Below, in pieces: positions 39,642 to 51,408 of a DNA stretch of 64,000 bases (position 1 is the first letter of the stretch; each line of letters starts with the position of its first letter). This DNA comes from Atractiella rhizophila. Taxonomy: Eukaryota. Under the pieces are notes generated by a model. The model was not told the origin of the DNA and did no database searches. It saw only the letters and a list, made by a program, of their open reading frames with translations. The position numbers and the translations under genes are program-made. The stretch spans positions 1-64,000 of the forward strand of contig MU271394.1 in the NCBI GenBank assembly GCA_021432655.1. The letters run 5' to 3'.

Positions 39642-42600
39642 TCAATCATCGTCTGTCACGACTTCCGCATACGCTGGAGGCCTTGCCCCAGCAGCGTTGA
39701 TTTCGCCTGCACAAATAAGGCAAATGTCAGCTGGACGCCAAGAGAGACAAGATCAGTAGAGTGTACGAACCTGAAACGAGCCTGGCGAACTGTAATGAGT
39801 GGTTCAAGGCTCGTTCAGCGGACCTCAAGTCTACGGGTGCTGTTGGGGTTGTCGGTGATTGAGGAATTGTATGGGCAAAGGCTGAGCCAGAATGTTGAGG
39901 ACGCTCAAGGTCTGAGAGCTCGTGATGGTGAAAGCCATGGTCTACGAGAATTGGCTGAACAGCTCCGCATTGATGAGACGCTTGGAGGTCTATCGTCCCA
40001 TCTGCGAAATAAGTCGGTAAGTGATTCTGTGAACATCGACACTATAGCACAATGAGCAAACTGTTGCTAGGACTTGAAAAGGAGGGACTAACCGAGAGTA
40101 TATGCAGTGGAGACTCGATAATAACATCCCAAAGCTTTCTCTGTCCTTTCGAATCAAGATGATCATCATCTCCACGTTCAACTCGAATAACAATCCTTAG
40201 AAGATGCGAGATCGCCAACAGAGCCTTCTCATGCACCAAGGAGAAGTGAAGGTTGGACTGGCAATCCGGAAGCTGGAGTTCTCCTTCAAGGATCCAGGGT
40301 CCCAAAGGATCCGCCAACGAGGGGACCTGGGTCTCATCGCCCTCTCCAGCGACGAATAATTTCTTCAACGGGCTCGTCTCGAACGCATCTTCTTCATCGC
40401 TCGTGATCGGCAGAATCGCCGTCCGCTGCTCCCCAGGGATCTCAGCTTTGAGGAGTTGGAAGCGCTTCGGTCCTTCGTGCCTGCTGATCTTTTTTGAGTG
40501 CGCGAAATAGTCCACTTTCTCTTCCAAGACGACCAGAATTCGATACACCTTCACTTTGGCGAGTGGGTCGAGGCGGATCGAGACCGGGATCTTCGAACCG
40601 ACGCAGAAGGACTAAACACGACTGTTGAGAAGAATTATTGGAGAGTGACGGTGAATGACTTACCTTTCCTGACAATGCAACCATATATCGCATCTGCGTC
40701 TCCCAGAACCTCTCAATAACAATGCTCTCCACAGCTTCTGTGCTTTCATCCGAAGGGCACGACACAAGATGAACCTCCATTTCGCTCTGGAGGTTCGGAG
40801 TCAAGACTCCAGCGCGCTGGACGTATGCTTTCAATCGATAGACGACTGCTCCGAAGTTACAATGCAGCGTTGGCGGCAACGACGACGAGACGGGGATTTG
40901 AACTGGATAGGTATACGTCCCGGGACGGAACTCAGTCCAAGCGTTCTCATCTTCTTTCTCTTCCTCCTCTTCCCTTCCCTCGTGTCCCGCTTTTCGACCA
41001 TCTCCCATCCCTGAACCTGTTGACGGTTCCTTGCTGAGTAATGCCTCTTTGATCGCTCTCAACGTCTTCGTCCTTCCCCTCGAAGACTGGTCATTCTTCC
41101 CCGTCAGGCTAGTCGTCGTATCCCTACTTTCGCGTTCCGGACTACTCGGTCTCCTCCCACCGCTTCCGCCTTCCAACATGCTCTTCAACTTCTCTTTATC
41201 GTTCCCAAAGATCTTGCTCAAACTAAACCTACTCTTCTTCTTCCCCCCACCACTCGCTTTCTCCTCACTAAACCTCACCGTCGCCCCATTCCCACTCTCG
41301 CTAGGTCTCCTTCCCGACCCCGCAAACGAGAGCGAAGTGCCGGTGGTGGTGGAAGTGGCGGATTGGAACAAGTGTCCGTTTCCGATCGATCGTCCGCGTT
41401 CGCGCTCGAACGAAGAGACGGTGGATCCAGGCACAGGAGCGGACTGATGTCCGTCCATCTGACCCGAGTCTTCTCGGGTAGTCGAAATCGTGCTTCCGGA
41501 CCCACTGCTCTGCGAAATGTCGCTCCCACGATGTCCTCCGTTCCCATTCGTCATCGCCAACCTGGACGATGGCGGCGGAGTGCCGGTCGAGGAGGAGGTC
41601 GCGTTTCGTGACAGCGGAGGGAAGAGGGAGGCGGGTGAATCTGAGGAGGTCGACGCTTCATTGTACCCCGGTATACGAGCATCCGAGCTCCTTCGACTGT
41701 CGCTTCCTGCGGTGGTGGAGGGAGAAGAGACGAAAGGATTGATCCAGCTCGCCCTCTTCTTCCCTTTCTGCGCGCTCGTCAATCCTTGAATGGGAGCGGT
41801 CGCAGGCCCGTTCCCCACCGCATCCCGGGACACATCCGTCACTATTCGCCGTATTGGGACTTGAGACGATGCGCGCGGAGAGCTCGCGAGACTGAACGAC
41901 ACGTCGGGGTCGTCCCTTATTCCTGGCCCGATGGAGACGGCGCGTCGGAGGGTGTTCTTGGATTCGGAGGCGGAGAAGAGGACGTGATTCTCATCGATGA
42001 TCGTGCGCTCCTCGAGCACTTCCAAGCGATGGGAGCCGATACCTGTAGAAGCGAACGCCGAAACAGACAGTGGAGTTAGAACAAAACTTCGGATTTCGGA
42101 TTTCGGATAATTTAGAATTGGAACATTTGAAATGACCCGAAGGAGAGGACGAGATTGGAGGAGAAAAGCAAATTGCCAAATTGGCTCTCTCGGCACGTTT
42201 GTGCGGTTCCCAAGAGGAGGCGAGGAGAAATGTACTAAAAGCCATGAATGGACTGAGTGCATGGAAGAGCGTATGACCTCTGGCCAAGTGTGCCAATCGG
42301 CACATGATGAATGCTTCTCTTACAAAGCTGTCGTCAGCAGCAACGGTCAAGACAGCTCCGTCACGAGTCACCGACAGGTCACCAACGCAAACGTTCGTTC
42401 ACCGAAGTGAAGTGCCTCCGACTCAGCGAAAAATGAGGAAAGGACGCACCCTCTGGCCAATCTGTATGAGACTTGCCCATCAATCGCACTCCCACCTTCT
42501 TGATCCTGCTCGGTTTTGCAAGCGTGAGCGTAAGCAAACCGCGAAGAATAGCTGGCGGAGAATCGTCTTCCTCCTCCCTCTCCCTCTCCAACCTCCCTCT

Positions 42601-42975
42601 CTCGTCCTCGAATTCCGCTCCGATGCCATCGTCCCTGTCCCGACTATCCGTTCCCACACCTCCCCTCTGTCGACTGGGGCTTCTAGACGAATTGCCTGCT
42701 CCACCCCTGCCAGACGTCGACGGCACATCTGCAGCACCACCGCGCGCAGGCGAGGCGGAGGAGGGCAGCCCGTTGGGCAGGCGCATGGTGCCGCCGTAGA
42801 CGGAGAACCAGAGGTCCTGCTCGTTCCTCACGTTCCTCCTGCCGATGTCCTCCGTGCCTGCGTTCCTCTGGGCGAGGCGTCGCGCATTCTGCCTGTTCCG
42901 TCGATAGTTCTGCCGATCGGAGCGGAGGAAGACGACGGGTTCAGTGAGGCGGAGCGAGAGCGTCGTCGGCGGCAT
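39642..42975 (-). CDS. Alpha-arrestin (ART/CreD-like), complete, multi-exon
   Basis: LRLTEPVVFL, PAILRGLLTLTLAKPSRIKKV, WTEFRPGTYTYP, IERFWETQMRY, arrestin-C region and terminal PPAY motif. Confidence 0.9.
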
Positions 42976-43266
42976 GTGCGCGCGTGCTGGTGCTGTCGAG
43001 TCAGTAGTTGCAGGGGAAGAAGCTGAGGAAAAGCTGGTGAAACTGGGGAAGCTGGAGAAGAGATGAGGTCGTCGTTTTGTTGCGGCCGAAAGACCGTGAG
43101 GCGCGTGGGTGTCATATGACTCAGAATACGCTAATGCATGCTTTCCACTTTCGGCCTTCTTCTCTCCGTCTTGTGTTCATCGTTGCGCATCATCGCACCG
43201 CATCGTCACCATCATCCTTTGTTTTTATTTCAAAGCCACACTCGTCTTCTTTCTCTATTCGTCAGT

Positions 43267-44057
43267 ATGGTGCGTTGTTGCGGGTGCATCGGGAGAAGTG
43301 CTGATGGAGCGGATGTGTAGGGATCTAACAAGCCTAGGGGACTTTTGGCAGCCAGAAAACTCGTCAACGACCGACGGGACAACCGATGGGTGCGTCTTTC
43401 ATTTATCATACGACAGGTCAGAGTGGTAATCGGAGTATTGGGATGTGTAGGCGGATAAGAACTACAAGAAGCGAGCGCTCGGCACCGCTTTCAAGTCATC
43501 GCCAACTGGAGGCGCATCGCACGCCAAGGGGATCGTTCTTGAGAAGGTGTGCCATTCGTTGCTTTTCAGTACCAGAATGCCTCATTGGATGGCAGGTTGG
43601 AGTGGAAGCCAAACAACCTAACTCGGCCATTCGCAAGTGTGTCCGTGTACAGCTCATCAAGAACGGAAAGAAGGTCACGGCTTTCGTTCCCAACGACGGT
43701 TGCTTGAACTTTGTCGATGAGAACGATGAGGTTCGTCTACCATTTCCCTTTCGCCATACACTTCTTCCTTTCTTCGGCTTTCTATCTGCGTCGTAGGTAT
43801 CAATGATGTTGACGGATGGGTGGTGCACAGGTTCTCATCTCCGGTTTCGGTAGGAAGGGCAAAGCTAAGGGAGATATTCCCGGTGTGAGGTTCAAGGTGG
43901 TAAAGGTTTCAGGTGTCGGATTATTGGCTCTGTGGAAGGAGAAGAAGGTCAGTCTTTCCCATTCGCCATCTCCTTGCTTGCCATTATCAATTAACCCTGG
44001 CTGCATGGAATGCTGATTGCTGCTCCGCTGCGTGAATAGGAGAAGCCAAGGTCATAA
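43267..44057 (+). CDS. RPS23: 40S ribosomal protein S23 (uS12); first coding exon is ATG only
   Basis: [63 protein letters not shown] and EKPRS stop. Confidence 0.97.
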
Positions 44058-44477
44058 ACGCCTGATGTGCCGATCGGGAGGAAGTTGGATGGAGGAGGAG
44101 AGAAGCAGAGGAGGGCCACATGCTACCTACCTACTATGAGGGCTGGAGTCCGTATGCCGCAATATGCAATGATCTTTTTCGTTCACCAATCTACGGTTTC
44201 CGGGTCTTTCCTCTGCGACATTGTATCGTCCCATCCTGTTCAAGATCTACGCTGCGTGAATAGGAGAAGCCAAGGTCATAAACGCCTGATGTGCCGATCG
44301 AGGTGAGGAAGTTGGATGGAGGAGGAGAACACAGAGGAGGGACACATGCTACCTACCTACTATGAGGGCTGGAGTCCGTATGCCGCAATATGCAATGATC
44401 TTTTTCGTTCACCCATCCCACGGTTTCCGAGCCTTTCCTCTGCGACATCGTATCGTCCTACCATATTTCAAGATCTC
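44026..44477 (+). repeat. Tandem duplication (period about 224 bp) of the RPS23 last exon and 3' UTR
   Basis: cgctgcgtgaataggagaagccaaggtcataaacgcctgatgtgccgatcg occurs at 44026 and 44250. Confidence 0.92.
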
Positions 44478-44766
44478 AAGAATAAGCAATGCCTGTCAGA
44501 GATTCAGATGGCGTCGGCACTCTTTACAGGCTACAAAAGAAGCATTGTAGCGTCCAGTATACATTATTCTTTTACCAAGTTAGCAGAATACGACAATAAT
44601 CTCCTTCATTTACATTTAGCATTGAGCGGTCGGAGAACCGGGAAGAATAAAGTTGATGAACAAAGTTCCTTCATCCACCACTGCCAAATAATCCCTGATC
44701 CACAGCTCCTCCTTCTCTCTTTTAATCGCCGCTCCACTGGAATACCACCTCTAAGCTGAGGGAAGC

Positions 44767-47700
44767 ATGAACATCCGAGCTCCTCGCTTCCTCACGGGGG
44801 CACGCAAAGGTGCGTCACGCCACTTCCACTTCCACGACACCCTCCAGCCCGGCGCACAGAAATGTGCATTGTGTATCTGGCTGGATGGAGGCGCTGATTG
44901 ACTGTGTGGTCGTGCGACCGTGTGGGTGTAGGGGAGAATCATGAGTTGAGAGCGGACTTGAATAGCGAGTATAGGGACAGAGTGAAGGATGCGATCCAGA
45001 GGACTATTGCTAACATGGTGCGTTTTCTCTCTCTGTGTCTCACTTTGTCGCTAATTTGGTGGCTTCAGACGGTGGGGAAGGTATGTTCGATATCCTACTC
45101 TCTATGTCGTGTCGTAGAGAGCAAGAGATTGAGATGCGTGCTGCATAGGACGTTTCTGGTCTCTTCCCCGACGTCCTCAAGAACATGCAAACCGACGACC
45201 TCGAGCAGAAAAAACTCGTCTATCTCTACCTCATGAACTACGCTAAATCCCAACCCGAACTCGTCATCCTGGCCGTCAACACATTCGTCAAGGTGTGCAC
45301 TCCTCCTTGCCTCATCTCTCTTTCCCTCCTCTCGAGAGGAGCTGAACCTGTGGAATACAGGACGCTTCCGATTCCAATCCTCTCATCCGCGCTCTCGCCA
45401 TCCGTACTATGGGATGCCTGCGTGTGGAGAAGATAGTGGACTACCTTTGCGAGCCTCTCCGTCAATGCTTGAAAGATGAGAACCCATACGTGAGGAAGAC
45501 GGCAGCGATCTGCGTCGCCAAACTGTACGATCTCAAACCGGAGCTTGCGCTTGACAACGGATTCGTGGATCAGTTGAAGGACATGGTATCGGACAACAAT
45601 CCTATGGTGCCGTCTTTCCCTTCCATTCTCTAGTCTGCCATATAGTGGTGGGATGTTAATTGCGATTTGTCGACTCGAACAGGTCGTCTCTAACGCGGTC
45701 ACCGCACTCTCCGAAATCTCAACCGTAGCTGCACAACAGAACCCTCCCATCTTCGTCCTCGACTCCGCTCTCCTCTCCAAGCTCCTGGTAGCCCTAGGAG
45801 AATGTACGGAATGGGGGAGGATTGCAATCCTTGGAGCGGTAAGCAAGTATAAGACGGAGGATGAGAAGGAAGCAGAACACATCTGTGAACGCGTCATTCC
45901 ACAGTTTCAACATGCCAACGGGAGCGTGGTGCTTGCTGCTATTCGCGTATGCTTCCCAGCCCTCCCTCTTGGTGCAAAAGCTTCTCTGACGATGCTGATG
46001 CGATTGTTGCGATTAGGTCATCATGATTCATATGCGTTCAATCCAGAATGAGGTCTTCATCAAAGGTCTCCTACGAAAGATGGGACCTCCTCTTGGTACA
46101 TCATTATTCTACTAGCTTTTCCCCATCATCCACCATCTAATCCCTGTTACAGTGACGCTCGTCTCTGCCGTGCCTGAAGTACAATGGGTCGCACTACGCA
46201 ACATCAATCTCATCCTCCAAAAACGCCCAGACGCATTAGCGAACGAGATGCGCGTCTTCTTCTGCAAGTATAACGACCCCCCGTATTGTAAAGTGGAGAA
46301 GTTGGAGATCATGATCAAGTTGGCGAACGAGAGGAATGCGGATACGCTGCTTAGCGAGTTGAGGGAGTGCGTACATCACTTAATATTCTCCCTCCCTCTC
46401 GGGAAGGAAGGATTGGATTGACGGTTCTGCGGTGATGTGTAGGTATGCCTCAGAGGTGGATGTCGATTTTGTTAGGAGGTCGATTCGGGCTATCGGACAA
46501 TGTGCGATCAAGATCGAGGGGTCGTCAGAGAAGTGCGTGAATGTCCTTCTGGACCTGATCGCTACGGGAGTGAGTTACGTGGTCCAAGAATCTATCGTTG
46601 TCATTAAGGTAGGTTACTCTACGCCCTTCTCGCCAAGACAGTAAGCGCTAACGTGTATGGTTTTAAAGGACATCTTCCGGAGATACCCTCACAAGTATGA
46701 AGGCATCATTCCAACCCTTTGCGCTTCGCTGGAGGAACTCGATGAGCCTGAAGCGAAGGCTTCTCTCATTTGGATTCTAGGAGAATACGCGGAGAAGATC
46801 GACAATGCTGATGAGTTGATCGAGACTTTTCTTGAGAACTTCCTCGATGATCCCGTTCAAGTCTGTCCCCCTGCTTGTCTCCTCCTTAATGCCATGTGCG
46901 GAGAGATTACTGACAACGAGAATTGCAGGTTCAAATTCAAACTCTCACTGCGGTGGTGAAACTCTTCTTAAAGAAACCGGACAATGCTCAAGCACTTGTC
47001 CAACGCGTTCTACAAATGGCCACGAAGTCGTGCGATAGTGCAGATGTGCGAGATCGGGCTTACATCTACTGGCGCTTACTATCGACAGATTCCGACGCTG
47101 CCAAGGTCTGCTGTTCATCAACTTCCTCTGTCGCATCTTTCATCTGCTGAGAGTTATACTGATATCAGTGCCGAATAGTCGGTAGTCCTTTCTGAACGTC
47201 CTCTTATCTCCATCCCTCCCTCTTCCGTCTCCCCACAACTCCTCGACGAGCTAATAGGCGAGATCTCCTCTCTTGCTTCTGTCTACCATCGCCCAGTTGA
47301 GACCTTCTTGGGACGCGGTCGTTTGGGAGCAGACGAAGTGCAGAGGAAACGACTGGAGTGCGTATTTATTTGTCATTCCGTCATTGACTTATTTGTTTCG
47401 CAACGGTGCAACAAATAGTCAAGAAGAGGAATCCATTGCGACAAAAGCCATCGAGACCCTGGCAGCGGGACAAAAGGCAGAAAACTTGCTCGACTTCGAC
47501 GAGCCCGTGGAAGACGCAACACCTGGACTCGGTGTCGGAGGCTCGAACGCACCCGTCAGTGTTGGGAACCCGTTGGACGATTTGTTGGGCATCTTCGACA
47601 GCACGAACCTAGGAGGCGGCGGCGGTGGAGCTGGAAACGTGTTTGGCGGAATGGGGGGAATGGGAGGATTTGGAATGCAGCCTCCGGCTTCCCAGCCCAT

Positions 47701-47875
47701 GCAAGGACAAAATGGGTTCGGAGGGATGGGAGGGATGTCGTTTGGCCAGCCGCAAGCACAGAATCAGTTTGGGGCGATGGGCATGGCTTCACCCCCGCTG
47801 CAGCAACAGCAACCAAATGGAACAGGAGTCAATGGGCAGAACAAGCAGGCAGACTTGTTGGATGGTCTTTTTTAG
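44767..47875 (+). CDS. APL2: AP-1 complex beta-adaptin, many exons including a 12-nt microexon at 45069-45080
   Basis: [73 protein letters not shown] and [13 protein letters not shown]. Confidence 0.9.
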
Positions 47876-48231
47876 GAATCTTAGTTATACATCATTTGTC
47901 TGTTTCTTACACCTAAAATGCAATGTGGTATCGTTCCCACATCCCACTCCTAAGAGCTCGACAGATAACATTCCTCAGCTATACCAGTCGACCGCAAAGG
48001 ATCGAGCAGGAAGTTCTTGCAGGTTCGCCAAGTAGCTCAAAAAGCAAGATATTGTGTATTGCACAACTTCAGACATACATCATCGTATTCGATAAACCTC
48101 CCCAATCCATTACAACCTTTTTGTTCAATCTGGGAAAAATCACGAGATCTCCGTTTTATCTGTATGCGAGCCAGTTAGAGCGGCCAAGCATTGTCGAAAA
48201 GGACTCGCCAACTTTCCTTCTTATCTCTTCA

Positions 48232-49161
48232 TTACCTCTCCTCTGACCGAATCTTATTCTTAAGGTTATAAAAGTTCTGTCTATACTCTTCAAACCCCTC
48301 GGGAAGTCCTGCACACCAAATCTCCGTGAACTCGTCCAAGATGATCTGCTCTTCTCTAGTCGGCGTGCCTTCGAAGAACGGTTTGGCGAGGAGACATTTT
48401 TCAACCGTTCCAAACCCAAACCAATCGTTGTTCGCATCTCCCACTTTAGCGTCGCCATCGAGCCAACCGTCCCACGAAGGCTTCACCAACTTCTCCCAGA
48501 ATTTGGTCGCAGAATCGAAATCAATAATTACAACCGCAGTTAAGTTGCCGTCGGCATCAAAATCAAGCATGATATTGGTGGGAGAGATGTCGTTATGAGA
48601 GAACCCGATAGAGTGGATGTGTTCGAGCCCTTTGCCCACTTCTTCCAGCACAAACGTAGAATCTATCCTCTTATTCCGATATATAGCCTCCCACAAGCTG
48701 ATTTGATGCTTCTCGAAGCAAAGACCAGTAACAAAGGTGCCATCTGTCACGTGACCGTGATAGCGACAGATGTTAGGGTGAGGACTGCGCGAAATGATGT
48801 CCAAAGTTTGCAATTCGTGAGAATACAAATCTCGAGTCCGATAGGCATCTGGTGCAGTTGTGTCCGTAACTCTTTGGAAAGGCATTCCTAGCAAGAAAGG
48901 AGTTTTGATGAAACCTTTTGAAGCACAGTCGGGAGAAGCGATAGTCATGTCTTCGAAATCAACCAATCGGGGTAAGTAGAACTGCCTGTCGATTCGTGTT
49001 CCAACGGTGCACGCTTGAATATACGAATTGTCGACACGAATTGAGGGGTCTTCTATGTCGAAAAGGTATACTTCACCGTCTTCTTCATAAAGAACCTCGG
49101 TATGAAGGAAGACCATGGGAGGGCCATCCCAACACCTTTGCGCCTTGAGTAATGTTCGCAT
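48232..49161 (-). CDS. Intronless atypical protein kinase-like protein, copy 1
   Basis: FIKTP (beta-3 Lys), HELQTL, HPNICRYHG, GLEHIHSIGFSHNDISPTNIML and IIDFDS. Start taken from agreement with copy 2 (MRTLLKAQ). Confidence 0.85.
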   Translation of the reverse strand: MRTLLKAQRCWDGPPMVFLHTEVLYEEDGEVYLFDIEDPSIRVDNSYIQACTVGTRIDRQFYLPRLVDFEDMTIASPDCASKGFIKTPFLLGMPFQRVTDTTAPDAYRTRDLYSHELQTLDIISRSPHPNICRYHGHVTDGTFVTGLCFEKHQISLWEAIYRNKRIDSTFVLEEVGKGLEHIHSIGFSHNDISPTNIMLDFDADGNLTAVVIIDFDSATKFWEKLVKPSWDGWLDGDAKVGDANNDWFGFGTVEKCLLAKPFFEGTPTREEQIILDEFTEIWCAGLPEGFEEYRQNFYNLKNKIRSEER

Positions 49162-49866
49162 GCTAGACAAACATCTCAGGTATAGGGCACATTCGCATGA
49201 AGATTTGAGCAATACCTTGAAGTAGGCACAAGTGTACCTCCCGAGAATGGTGGTGCACGGAATCAACTCACGATGGCTCCCTGAGGCCTGATTTGCGACA
49301 GAAAAGGCGGTGGGTCTGAAGGCAAGGAACGTTAAGAATAAAAGAGGCTGTGCATTAGTCACAAGGTTGCGGAATCGAGTTCTCGACATGAGAATCATGG
49401 AAAGCACGACCGGTAGAAGGACAAGGCTTCTGCATCGGGACATACACACTAACCGTCAAGTGCCCTTTTGTTCACCAGAAGTGTGCTTCGCGACGCGAGA
49501 GTCACTTCAGGCGAATAAACACAAAAGCTCCATGCCGAAAGTCTATCAACTGATCTGATTCCGAATTCACGCAGCCTTTTGTTGTGGTGAATAAACCCCG
49601 CTGATTGGAACTGAGCCTGGGAATTACACAACCAAGACAGTGTGCGCATGCCTGAGGGTTGAAGTCTCTTGTCAAGTCGGGCAAGCGAAGAAGGAGATTA
49701 TTTTGGGTCAAGGAATGCCTTGTCATGCAGGCAAGTGAGCAGCACGGAATCGACTGGCCATCAGGTACCGGATCATAAAAGGGCCTTTAGTCAACAGGAT
49801 TTAATCTGTTTCACTCGTCTGTCCTACACCACCCGATCTTTCGTCTAATTTCCAAGTCCTGCAATC

Positions 49867-50124
49867 ATGGTAAATATTTTGCTCTTTATCGCAAGCAAGC
49901 ATTAACATGAACCTGGGCAGTGCGGCACTGCTTACAACAGCAACACCAAGAAAAAGTGGGACTATGACTGCGGTTCAACGACATGTCCCAAGTCAACATC
50001 CTATAATCCGAATGCGACCAAAACAACCACGCAAAATTTTCACAATGTCCCTTCTAATCCGCCTACTTCTTCTGCATCGACGGAAGGGAAGACCGGAGGA
50101 TCCCCCGGAAAGAATAAGAAGTAA
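49867..50124 (+). CDS. Candidate 68-aa small protein (ATG-only exon, intron 49870-49920)
   Basis: CATAAAAG about 95 bp upstream; ATG|gtaaat...attaac...cag; then an open frame CGTAYNSNTKKKWDYDCGSTTCPKS...KNKK stop. Confidence 0.5.
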
Positions 50125-50994
50125 AGGGTGAGTGTGAACACTAGGCCATCTTGGCAAGTTGACATATCCCAACTTATGCAGGTGGCAGGGGCTAGCTATC
50201 GGAAAGGCACATCAAAATCCCAAACCGAAAAGAAAAAATTACACTTCTTCGCAGTCAGGCTTGTGTTATCGAAAAATTGTCCGTGTCATGTGCCTCAACA
50301 TATGAGAGTGTTCTTTGCCCCATGATTCGCTGCGCCGCCCTTTGAGTTACATTGTAGATACGATTAATTCAATAAAGTGAGACCACACGATGACTTTTTT
50401 GAACAATGAACACCAACAGCAGAGGTGGTGAACTGGAAGGAAATGAACAAATGGAGATCTCACCTAACTTCAGACGATGTCCCTCGCGATTTGACGGGCG
50501 GACACTTATTGAGAGACAAATGGACCATTGAAATTGTTTCACAGTATCAAAATACGTTGTTTTAAAACAAAATCAAAGAGCAAGTAAAGGCAGAAACTTT
50601 ATCAACCAAGTATGCACATGAAGGGGCAATAGAATGTTTATGCTTCTTTCTGGTTCTTTCGTCCCCACGTTCACTTCCGTCAAAGGAACACAGTGAGACG
50701 ATAGCACGGTTTGCAGGAGAGGAACCAACTTCCACTGTCCCGTTCACTCGCAGAAGACAACCACATACCTCAATCCCAGGATTGCGCGCCGTTATTTCCA
50801 AGATATTACACACACTTTCTCCGCATGTCACAAGCACAACTAAAGATCAGGCTCTAAGTCCCAGCTTGCACCGAGTATCGATACAAGAATATGGAAGAAG
50901 AACACATCCCTGCCTCCGCTTTCGTTGATCTGGCACGTGCTTGTCCTGAGCTTCTCTCTTCTCTTCCGTCGATTCAATGCATCATGCGATAGGG

Positions 50995-51120
50995 CGTCCT
51001 ATCGACCGATTCCGACGCTGCCACGGTGCCCTTTTGTTATTTTCATCTTTGAACTACTGAAGTAGTGCTAATTGAACACGAAATAGTCAGTCCTCTCATC
51101 TCCATCCCTCCCTCTTCCCA
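50995..51120 (+). pseudogene. Degenerate fragment of beta-adaptin 3' exons
   Basis: atcgaccgattccgacgctgccacggt resembles 47081-47107; gtcctctcatctccatccctccctcttcc resembles 47198-47226. Confidence 0.75.
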
Positions 51121-51408
51121 CATCCGCTTCCAACGTGTTCTGGCATGGAACTGACAGGCTAACTCCTCTACTATACGCCAGTACATGTCAAAGATCAACA
51201 GGAAAGTCCTTGGAGGCTCATTAAGGGATTCACAAGAATATGCTTTCTTGATTAAAATTTCTTCCGATTTAACTCTGGTCTTCTTGGCTTTGATCTACAT
51301 TATCATTGAGACGTCCCCTCCGTGACAGCATTGATTTTCACCTTAAAAAATCTGTATGAGAGTGAGATAGTACCGAGTTTCGACGAAGCGACCACTTACA
51401 AGCACTCC

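Larger units (their letters stand above)
35615..42623. repeat. Tandem duplication of about 3.5 kb (35615-39187 and 39186-42623)
   Basis: The 3' end of F-box B and most of the arrestin gene are repeated. Junction reads ...ttccgctccGA|ctggagtgtcac at 39186-39187. Confidence 0.95.

Noticed and set aside
39725..39750. 8-nt indel between the arrestin copies as a possible frameshift
   Set aside because: It lies inside the last intron (gttcgt...gctgac...tgcag on the minus strand).
49162..49449. N-terminal extension of kinase copy 1 in the ORF track
   Set aside because: It is not shared with copy 2; both proteins align from MRTLLKAQ.
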